DNA from: Eledone cirrhosa
Lineage: Eukaryota
Direction: 5' to 3'
DNA length: 64,000 nucleotides
Assembly: GCA_964016885.1 (NCBI GenBank)
Contig: OZ024756.1
Location: 19,530,001 to 19,594,000 of the forward strand
The notes beneath the pieces are model-generated. The model was given only the letters and a program-made list of their open reading frames with translations. It was not told the DNA's origin and searched no databases. Below are positions 53,800 to 64,000 of the stretch, piece by piece. The position numbers and the translations under genes are program-made. Position 1 is the first letter of the stretch; every line of letters begins with the position of its first letter.

Positions 53800-54020
53800 C
53801 CCTTTAGCATTTAAACCGGCCATATCTGGCCAGAATTCTCTCACCTCTTCCTGTTCAAACTGGTCATAACCGGCCACTCATTCTGACGTTAAGGTATTGT
53901 TCTCAAAATAAATAACATCAAAATCTCGTAGATTCAATATTATGTGAGATAATTATGTAAGATAACACCTTTACCACAAAAATACAATAGTATATATAGA
54001 GTAAAGTAAATGCTAAAGGG
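53800..54020. mobile_element. piggyBac-like MITE family 1, intact copy
   Basis: Perfect 14-bp TIRs, with TTAA at 53796-53799 and 54021-54024. Confidence 0.9.
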
Positions 54021-55724
54021 TTAAGAAATTTTCCAATAATGCAATTTTCTTTCTGCAGATTCCTATATAATGACAGCTCTATTTTGCTGAGAGAGACAAT
54101 AAATAAATCAGTGAGGAATAAATTGAACGGTGTTGCTATATTACAATGAAGCAGGCACCGTTTCTGAAAGTAGACAAAACAACCGAGGAGAACTTTTGAT
54201 CAACAGAATTAGGTAATAAGGATCAATATATTTGATAAAACAAATAAATAAATAAATAAGAAGAAAATATTGATCTATTTGTTACAGATGCCCAGTTTTG
54301 ATAGTAATGTGTTCTACACTTGCAGGAAAAAAGATAATGCTATCTGCTAAAAATATCCCACTTTGAATGTGTTTGTAAAAGCTGAAGTAAGTACATTAAG
54401 TGGAGGTCATCACTGTTCTCAAGTATTTGCAGGCGCAAAAGTTATGAATACTCAGTGGTAGAATGTAGTGAACTGTGTCAATATTTTCATGTCTGTTCCC
54501 ACCATTGTTTTACACCAGCAATACTTTGGATCAAAGGTTCTCAAAGTGGTTGCCACTGCCCCCCCCCCCCCTGGTGGGGCATTGGAAAGGTCCAGGAAGA
54601 GGGCGGGGGCAGTAGAGATGATATAATAGTATATTAAATATCAAATGATACATATATATAAATATAGTAAAATAAAAAAATATATATTTATTTATACATA
54701 GTATATTATTTATTATATATGAAATAAAGATTTTATTTATTATATATTTTTTTACAATTTGTATGTAGGCAGGTCTTTTTTTAAATAGGGGTGGGAGGGC
54801 GCTTGGGGTATTACGTGGCCCCAAAAGTTTAAGAACATCTGCTTTAGATACTGGAATGTATGCAGCATGGGTCCCGGATTTTAATCCTACTCTGTGGCTT
54901 CTTGAGAAAATGTCATTTATCATAGCCATCAGGTTGAATCATGCCTTGTGTGAGTGAAACAACAGGGTAGATAGAAACTGTTTGAAAGCCCATCAAATTG
55001 ACTGTACCTGTAATTCCAATGGCAGGCCAAATTTTCACCTGTTAAGGCCCTCAGCTATATAAAATTTGAGGCCCTTCTCTAAAAAGATTCAGGTAGATCT
55101 GATAGACACTATCTATCCTATCCAGCAAAGGAATATTTATTGCTCATCATCTAAATGTGATAAAAATAAGGACTGAATGGGGACACTACGGGTCCAAATA
55201 AATTTCCCAGACACCAAAGAAACAAATTTAATCCTTTCATTACAAATATATCTAATGAAGGACATTGCCTCTGATTTTCAAATAATTTTTTAAATAATTA
55301 AAAAAATTAGAGGGATTTAGTAATGTAATTTACCTTCTCATTATTAAACAGGTGTTAAGGGTGGTGGATTGGCAGTAATCGGTAGAGCATCAGACAAAAT
55401 GCTTTGTGATATTTAGTTATGACTTTCTACATTTTGAGTTCAAATCCTGCCATGGTCAACTTTGCCTTTCATCTTTACAGGTTTGTTAAGATAAAGTAAC
55501 AGTCACGCACTAGGTTCAATTTGATTGACTTTCTCCTTCCCTTCCCTATCCCCCCAAAATTGTTGGCCTTGTGCCTAAATCAGAAACCATTATTAAACAG
55601 GTGCTAAGAACAAAAGTTCCTAGATAAAATTATGCAGGTAGAATTTTAAATAAATACAAACACTTTAAAATAAACAAGTTTTGTGTTGGAGAACCAAGGG
55701 CAGTTTCAGGAAGTTTGGAATGAT

Positions 55725-56135
55725 CTGACCAAGGAAACAACAATCTTTCCATTGGTCTTTCCATTGCTGATACTATCTACCGGTCGCAACTCCTGACAGA
55801 AAGAGCAACATGAAATAAAGATAAAGTGTCTTGCTCAAGGACATAGCACATCGCCCGGTCCTGGAATTGATCTCGCAACCTCATGATTGCAAATCCAATT
55901 CTCTAACCATTCTTACTGAGTTGGGGTGGAGCTCATCACATTGGACCAAGGAAACAACATTCCCATTGGTTTTTCTATTACTGACACTATCTACCAGTCG
56001 CGACTCCTGACAGAAAGAGCAACATGAAATAAAAATAAAGTGTCATGCTCAAGGACATAATGCATCATACAGTCTGGGAATTTTACTTGCAACCTCATGA
56101 TTGTGAATCCAATTCTCTAACCAGTTAGCCATGCA
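55725..56135 (-). mobile_element. Two tandem CORE-like SINE copies
   Basis: Duplicated aagtgtcttgctcaaggaca...gcaacctcatgattg...tctaacca, sharing the tail tccattggtctttctattgctgatactatctacc (also at about 6710, 7490 and 38600). Confidence 0.7.
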
Positions 56136-56212
56136 CAGTTTGGAAACAAAACGGGTTTTAAAAAGTGAAACTAACCATAGACTTGATCGATATAAAAAAC
56201 AACAACCCTTAC

Positions 56213-56321
56213 CTCTGTGTTGGAGTGTCACAGAATAGGAATAGCTTCTGGGGAGAATAACTTCAGTCTCTGAAACTACTTTTTTTAATTTTTTTTTTCT
56301 TATTACAAAATATTTCTGCCA
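56213..56321 (-). other. Candidate non-coding (5'UTR-type) exon
   Basis: Acceptor ctctttacag| (AG 56323-56322) and donor GAG|GTAAGG (GT 56212-56211) bracket 109 nt of non-repeat sequence, on the same strand as the gene. Confidence 0.3.
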
Positions 56322-56782
56322 CTGTAAAGAGTGTATAGGTCACGTGAGGATTATGTTTAGCACAGCCACAAATCTAATAACATTGATTAACAGATTAATG
56401 AATCTCTCTAGCTTCTCTCTCTATCTCTCTCTCTCTCTCTCTCTGTCACTCTGTCTGTCTGTCTCTCTTCTATCCATCTCTTTCTCTATGTCTCCCTTTA
56501 TCTCTCTCAGTCAATTTAGTATTTATTCTATCACTGACACTAATGTTTGGTGCACTTTACTAAAAGAAAAGTAATGAAAAAAAAAAACAGTGGTGGTGAT
56601 ACTGACAGTAGTAGTAGTAGTAGCAGAATTATTATTATTAATAACGGGGTCGATAAAATAAAGTACCAGTAATGCACTGGGTAATTGCTGGCCTTGTGCC
56701 AAAAGTAGAAACAATTATTAATAGTAATAGTAGTAGCACCTGTAGTAGTAGCGATTTACTAGACTTGGTGTGTGTGTGTGTG

Positions 56783-56860
<78 letters not shown>

Positions 56861-57139
56861 GAGAGATTTGTATTGGTGCTCCAACATAGCGTTATACATG
56901 TATGTATTAAATACTGAATAATATATAGGATGTTTATGAAAAACATTTGAGGACCTTTCACTATGAATTTTTAAGCTTATAACCAACATCACACACCTCA
57001 TCTCAGCAAAATCAAGGGGAAGTAATCGACGTGTTGTTTCGTGCTTATTGGTGTTTTTCAAGACTACTATATATACATATGATAAAGTTATATCTGTATA
57101 AATACAGAGTGTGTAACAACATTTATATATATATATATC

Positions 57140-58700
57140 ATCATCATCATCATCATCGTTTAACGTCCATCTTCCACACTTGGACGGGAATTTTCCCACT
57201 TGAGGCAAGATTGGTTGACTTGCTCGTATAGGACTGTCTGGCGGGTTTTCTACGGCTGGATGCCCTTCCTAACACCAACCACGTTTACAGTGTGGAGTGG
57301 GAAGTTTTTACCGTGTTAGCTACGCGGCCACATTACAGCGTGGACTCATTTGTTTCGGCCTGGATGTTGTGGTACCAACATAACTTTACATTGAAAGGAG
57401 TGGTGTGGATGGGGTGGGGGTAGTGGGACAGGGGTGTATTTTTGTTAGAGGTGCCTACTGACTGTAGGTTTCGCTTTGTACTTAGGCAAGGCGGGTCTTC
57501 TGTATTACTGTGTATCGCCAAAGATCTCGGTCCAGTGACATTGTCTTGGAGAGGTGTAAGTGTGTGAGGTCGGAATTTATCAAGTCGTCCCAGGTTTTTC
57601 TGGGTCTGCCTACTCATGGCTACCGTCTATTTTTATCGCCCTGCACTTTTTCATACAGCTGTCGTATTTCATGCGCATCACGTGACTGTACCAACGTAGT
57701 CTTCTCTCGAGTAAACAACATCTGATCCCTCTTATTCCTAATTTCTCCCTTAGTTCGTTTATGCTTTGCCGTTCACGTATATTACTATTACACATCCAGC
57801 GGAGCATGCAAGCTTCGTTCCTCTCCAGTCTGTGTATATCCTCCGCACACAATGCCCAAGTCTCTCTGCCATGTAACATTGCTGTTCATATGCAGGCATC
57901 ATACAGCCTGCCTTTCATTTTTAGAGAGAACCCTTTAGCGCCAATAGTGGTATAAGCTCTCTGAACTTTTTCCATCCCGTTCTGACTCTAGCTACTGTAC
58001 TTTCAGAGCACGGTCCACCAATGCTGATTTTGTCACCCAGGTAACGGAAGGTGTCCTCTATTTCTATAGAACCATCTGTGCAATGGAATGAGCTAGTATT
58101 CTGTGGGCACTTGCTGCTACTTATTGCACCTGAGCACCGGCCACATATAAAATCTACATTCTTAGTTAGCTTACCTGTGATCCCACTACATCTTTTATGC
58201 ACCCATACTTTGCATTTTGGACATAAAATGGAGTTTCTGCCTACTCCTTTCCTACACACTGAGCATGGCTATTTCCCAGATGGGACCGGTGCCCTATTTT
58301 CCTTCCTACAAACTAGAACTTTAGTCTTAGACAGGTTAATTTTAAGGCCTTTTGATTCTAGGCCATGCTTCCATGTTTGGAATTTCTTCTCTAGTTCAGC
58401 CATTGATTCAGCTATGAGCGTTAGATCATCTGCGTATAGGAGTTCCCATGGGCAGCCGGTCTTGAACTCCACTGTTATAGCCTGAAAGGCAATAATAAAT
58501 AGTAGGGGGCTAAGAACGGAGCCCTGATGAACACCAACTTTTACGCTAAACTCTTCACTATATTCGTTGTTAATTCTAACCTTGCTGACTGTTTCTTTAT
58601 ACATGGCTTATATAGATCTCACAAGCCATTCATCAACACCTAGTTTTCTAAGAGCCCACCAGATAATGGAGCGGGGGACTCTGTCAAAGGCTTTCTCCAT
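57140..58700 (-). mobile_element. RTE-clade LINE, 5'-truncated, with a PHD finger after the RT core
   Basis: EKAFDRVPR, GVHQGSVLSPLLF, LLYADDL, GLKINLSKTK, a C4HC3 cluster, FRYLGD and ERRLRWY, with stops and frameshifts. The 3' tail is ...ggacgttaaacgatgatgatg. Confidence 0.9.
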
Positions 58701-59221
58701 ATATATAATGAAATATATGGAGAATAGAAATGGCTGTGTAGTTGCTATTTAAGGTAACTTAAAATGCAGTTGGAATACAAAGAAAGCAAGAAAAAAAAAA
58801 GGGGGGGGTCCTCATCAGTTGTCTACTGGGGGTATAGGATATTTCTACGCTTTAAAGACAAGATACCACTTCACCCCAGGGCGTCAATAACTGGATAAGT
58901 TATTGGGAAAACAAAGGAATGAGAGAAAGAAAGCAAATTGGAAGAAAAGAGAAACAGTAACAAAACAGCGAAAAAAACTCAAAGCGAGCAATGTGCGAGC
59001 AACTATAGGTAGGAAATCCAAGACCACTTGATAAGAGAACTTAAGTTTGAGACCGAGTAATCGAGAGAAACATGTCTGATCGCCGCAGTTGTAAGTGAGA
59101 AGAGAACTGTTAAACGGTCAGACGAGGGGGTGAAAGTGAGAGGGAGAAAGGGAGAGGAAGAAAGTGGGGTTAGAGTAGATAGGGAAGAAAGGTACTCAAT
59201 ACATAGCAGAGTATAAATATT

Positions 59222-59304
59222 TAATATAGAAATGGCTTCTACAGGACTAGATGATTTCTCCCGAATGAAAGAGTTCTAGTCCTGTAGAAGCCATTTCTAT
59301 ATTA
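59222..59304. repeat. Inverted repeat, 30-bp perfect arms, 23-nt spacer
   Basis: taatatagaaatggcttctacaggactaga / tctagtcctgtagaagccatttctatatta. The spacer and right arm resemble the 28291-28337 hammerhead family. Confidence 0.9.
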
Positions 59305-59473
59305 TATATATATATATATACTAAAATATGTAAATATCTTTAAGTCATTTGGAAGCCTCGACAATGTAAATGGGTAAATCTCCGGGTAACAAGATCCGGT
59401 GGTGGAGAGAGAGATGTAAGTGGGTGTACGTTGAGATGCGTGGTGTGTATAAGACGTGTAGAAGAATATACTA

Positions 59474-59509
<36 letters not shown>

Positions 59510-60170
59510 CTAAAATATATATATAATATATATATATATATAAAAGTATATATAAACCCATAGAGCAGATATTTATTATTAATACAGATAAAATTTATAT
59601 ATATATACCTAAAGGGTCAAGAAGATTCTTCAGTTGTGTGAAGGGCATGACAACCTCTCTAGTGTTGGTGATATGATAAACACATCCAGTACACCCAGTA
59701 AAGTGGCTGATAACAGGAAGAGCAGCTAATCATAGAAATCTTGCCAAACAAAGAGTTTGGAGGACTCTTCAGTTGTATCAATGACGTAACAACCTCCCTA
59801 GTATTGGTGTCATGATAGAATGCACCCAGTGCACTCTGTAGCATGCAGGAACATAAGTAGTCGAGATGTGGCTCATCTGAGAAGTCAGTAACACCAATTA
59901 AGTACAGACTTGAACTATGATGATCTATCCAGCCTTTGTTAGCAGGGAAAACAGATGTTAAATAACATTAGAACATCAGATAGAATGTTTTGCAATATTC
60001 GTTTCGGCTTTCTACTCTCTGAGATCAAATCCCACTGAGGTCAACTTTGCCTTTCATCCATTCAAGGTCAATAAAAGAAATGTACCAGGGTAGATTCTCC
60101 CTCTATATCTTTTTCTCAATTCCATCCTCTCACTCTCTCTACCCTTCTCTGGAAGAAATCTCCTAGATTC

Positions 60171-60648
<478 letters not shown>

Positions 60649-60651
60649 ACA

Positions 60652-60920
60652 CACGTGGCCTAGGGTGTTGGACTTGCAATCATAATGTTGTGGGTTCGAT
60701 TCCTGGGTAGCATGTTGTGTTCTTGAGCAAAACACTTCATTTCACATGCTCCAGTGTACTCAGCTGAAAATGAGTACCAGCGATAGCTGGGGATTTAACC
60801 CTGTGATGGACTGGCATCCTGTCCAGGGGGGGAGTCTTGTACTCTGAGTCGCTTCACGCCATGAAACCGGGATTATCACAGGCTAAATCAGCCTTCTGAC
60901 TTAAGACAAACTAAAGACTT
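60652..60920 (+). mobile_element. Related CORE-like SINE with a V-domain-like segment
   Basis: ggttcgattcc B box, ttcttgagcaaaacactt, and ctgtgatggactggcatcctgtccaggg. A related copy lies at about 5230-5420. Confidence 0.6.
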
Positions 60921-61058
60921 TTTAGATATATATACACATAGTCTGTGGTGCTGAGACTCAGGAGACCACAAATCATGGAAGTACTCAATATGTAGAGAAA
61001 CGCAGAGTGGGTATATAGAGATAGGTATAATCTCAACCACTTTGGCGATGCAGTCAAG

Positions 61059-61133
<75 letters not shown>

Positions 61134-61261
61134 TGCTTTGTCCGACGAACGAATGAGGACGTTTTTTTTCGTATTCGTCTTATTCGGGAAACCTCTGGTA
61201 ATGAGGTAATTATATTGTATTGTTTATTATACATTATATTATATATATATATATATATAAA

Positions 61262-61680
61262 ATAAAGTTAAATAAAAAGTCAAATGTTTAAAATTTAGCT
61301 TCGTTTATTACTGCTATATATATTTCAGTGACAGCCATCTTTGGCTGTGACCTCTTCAGGCAGTTTGAATTAGTGTGGTATAGACAAGTACATATGTTGT
61401 TGAGGTGTATAATTTTGTCAATACTCTGATATGCCCAGTTCCTGGTTGGGTTGTTATTTCACTGAGGAACAGCTCCTCAGTGAAATAACAACCCAACCAG
61501 GAACTGGGCATATCAGAGTATTGACAAAATTATACACCTCAACAACATATGTACTTGTCTATACCACACTAATTCAAACTGCCTGAAGAGGTCACAGCCA
61601 AAGATGGCTGTCACTGAAATATATATAGCAGTAATAAACGAAGCTAAATTTTAAACATTTGACTTTTTATTTAACTTTAT
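61262..61680. repeat. Perfect palindrome, 207-bp arms, 5-nt loop
   Basis: 61262-61468 is the reverse complement of 61474-61680, with loop acagc. Confidence 0.95.
61578..61632 (+). ncRNA. Minimal type-I hammerhead ribozyme motif (mirror copy on the minus strand at 61310-61364)
   Basis: actgc CTGAAGA g gtcacagcca-aaga-tggctgtcac t GAAA tatata TA gcagt, followed by AATAAA (61633-61638). Stem/loop III is palindromic. Confidence 0.75.
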
Positions 61681-61937
61681 CTTACATTACTCCAGAGTAA
61701 CCAAACCAACCTGTGCACTTCGTCGAGTGCTCCAGCCTGCATACTGAGGTGTTGGTATACAACCAACATATACTCAAAATCTCTCTCTCTATATATATAT
61801 AGTGTAGGTAGTACAGTGAAATACTGGTGATGGTACCAAATCAAGCACTCTATGCACAGGTAGAGTGTATATAATAGAAAAATCGAGGAAGTTTCGTTTA
61901 TATATGAAAAATATTTATTGCATATCGACCCGACACG

Positions 61938-61978
<41 letters not shown>

Positions 61979-62329
61979 ACGCACTCTGATGTATTGACTG
62001 GTTGTAAACAAAGTAGCGGAGATCGATTGACGCAACACCAAGCGATTAGCGAGCTCTAGACCGACCAGATCAACGAAACAATTGTCAGCACTGTGAATAA
62101 AGCCCTTATTGTACAGCCAACCATGTTACTCTTATTTCTTGAATTATTATTATATATATATATATATATATATATGTAGGAGGTGAGTTTTATTGTAGTA
62201 CAATAAAGCAATGCAGATATCGGATAAGAAGCACTCTACAGTTTGTAGGACTGGAGTATACATAATATATGTTGATTTAAAACTGCACTATCCACAAGTG
62301 TTTTTTAACCTTCATATCATGTCTTCCTG

Positions 62330-62396
62330 TTTTATCTGATGAAAACACAAATATTATTGCATGATGATATTTGTTTTTGAAATACGCATAATAAAA
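62330..62396 (+). ncRNA. Minimal type-I hammerhead ribozyme motif
   Basis: ttttat CTGATGA aaacacaaatattatt-gc-atgatgatatttgttttt GAAA tacgca TA ataaaa. It lies inside element 62176-62435, flanked by (TA)n. Confidence 0.65.
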
Positions 62397-62777
62397 TACA
62401 TGGAACTCTTTTAACCATCTTTTGTTCTTATATATTATATATATATATATAATAAAAAAAAAAAATTTTGCTCTACATGGCTGAATACAAATAAATGTAA
62501 TCTGAGATTTTCAAATATTAATAATTGTTTCTACTTTTGGCACAAGGCAGTACATTACTGGTACTTTATTTTATCGACCTCGTAAGGATGAAAGGCAAAG
62601 TTAACATTGATGGGATTTGAACTCAGCGTAACTCTTTGCTGCTAAGCATGGTGTCCGACTCTCTACCGATTAATAATAATATTCGATTCGTTTGCAATTA
62701 TGCAAACAAGCCTCTTCTTTAAAGCCATGTCAGTAGAATGAGCTCCTCATTCTTGCTCTTGTATTGGCATGTAAACA

Positions 62778-62827
62778 GAACTGCAGACACTAATGTTTCT
62801 GGGTATCACCCTTCATCAGTACAGTTC
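62778..62827 (-). ncRNA. Type-I hammerhead ribozyme motif with a GUC cleavage triplet
   Basis: Minus strand reads gaactgta CTGATGA a gggt-gat-accc a GAAA cat-ta-gtg TC tgcagttc. Stem I has 8 bp; the base of stem II is an A-A mismatch. Confidence 0.7.
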
Positions 62828-63372
62828 ACTGTTCACCTGCCAACTGTCAGAGCTACTGAAAATATATGATATTTTCTAAAATATACAGGGACTGATGAGC
62901 TTGAATTGCATATTAGCAGACTGGCTGATCAGTCAGATCTGCATATTAGCAGATCCACTGATCAGCCAGACTTACATATCAGCAGACTGGCCAGTCAGTT
63001 TCCTGTATACGAGCGATTAATGCCCAGCTTTGCCATATTAAAAAAAAATTTAAAAAAATTTATATATATATATATATATTGTTATACTTGGGGAGGGTCA
63101 TATTGTTGTAATAATATTGCCAGAAATAATAACAGAACACACTCACTGTTTGGTTGGTTTTCGCTTCTGTATCTTTTATATCTCCACAGTTAATTCATTT
63201 GGTCCTCAATGTTTATCATTGACTGACCAACAGAGTGAGAGAGAGAGAGAGAGACAGTGAGAGAGAAAGAGAGAAAAAGAAAGAAAAAGAGAAAGAGAGA
63301 AAAAGAGAGAAAGAGAGAAAAAGAGAAAGAGAGAGAGTATGTATGTATGTGTGTGTGTGTATATATATATAT

Positions 63373-63713
63373 GGAGGCACATGGCTTAGTGGTTAGAGCA
63401 TTGGGCCTTGCAATCGAAAGGTTGTGAGTTCAATTCTCAGACCGGGTGATGTGTTGTTTCCTTGAGCAAGACACTTTATTTCACATTGCTCCAGTTTACT
63501 CAGCTGTAGAAATGAGATGATAGGACTGGGGTCCCTATCATTCCACTGTAAAGTGGTTGTGGAGGTGCCACGGCAAAAAAGCACCCAGCACTCACTGTAA
63601 ATGAGGTTGGTGTTAGGAAGGGCATCCAGCTGTAGAAATCAAGCCAGAATCAGTTTCCGTCCCACCCTTGCAAGCAGGGAAAAAGCGGACGTAAAATGAA
63701 ATGATGATGATGA
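63373..63713 (+). mobile_element. SINE family B, full-length
   Basis: tRNA-like head ggaggcacatggcttagtggttagagc...gagttcaattc, a CORE-like segment, and the tail gcggacgtaaaatgaaatgatgatga, flanked by (TA)n. Confidence 0.85.
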
Positions 63714-63723
63714 TATATATACT

Positions 63724-63789
<66 letters not shown>

Positions 63790-64000
63790 AACAAACAAAC
63801 AAACAAATGCATACACACATGATGATGGTGATACACAAACAATTAGAGATTTAAGAATGTAAAATATTTTGATTTTCAAAAATCAAACAAAACAAAACAA
63901 AAGAAATAACAGGTAAAAATAAAAGATTGTTTTTAAATGTCTGAATATTTAAGAATAATGTTAACAGCAACTCTTGGTAAGTTTAACTTTGACATATCAA

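Noticed and set aside
63373-63445. tRNA gene-like sequence with A and B boxes
   Set aside because: It is a SINE head: it continues into CORE-like and tail domains, has multiple diverged copies and lacks an intact cloverleaf.

Overview
Eukaryotic, AT-rich, repeat-dominated animal DNA with no prokaryotic features. The SINE and LINE families resemble those of octopod cephalopods; that assignment is an inference. Only one coding exon is convincing (minus strand, ATG at 15000, donor at 14649), with one candidate in-phase 69-nt downstream exon and several candidate 5'-UTR exons. Almost all long ORFs in the track are microsatellite or minisatellite artefacts. Mobile elements include a decayed CRE-like non-LTR retrotransposon whose 5' part is inverted in a twin-priming layout (19.9-22.0 kb), an R4/Dong-like 3' fragment inside (TAA)n (43.9-45.1 kb), RTE-type LINE fragments (one with a PHD finger, 57.1-58.7 kb), two tRNA-derived SINE families, and two TTAA-flanked piggyBac-like MITE families. 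Several minisatellites visibly grew from pieces of these elements. The most interesting signal is a dispersed set of short non-coding, (TA)n-embedded elements carrying minimal type-I hammerhead ribozyme motifs, often as inverted duplications. The clearest is a perfect 419-bp palindrome (61262-61680) with a hammerhead on each strand, within a cluster of about six hammerhead-like motifs at 61.1-62.8 kb. These resemble Penelope-like pseudo-LTR derivatives. All calls were made by eye; no searches were run.
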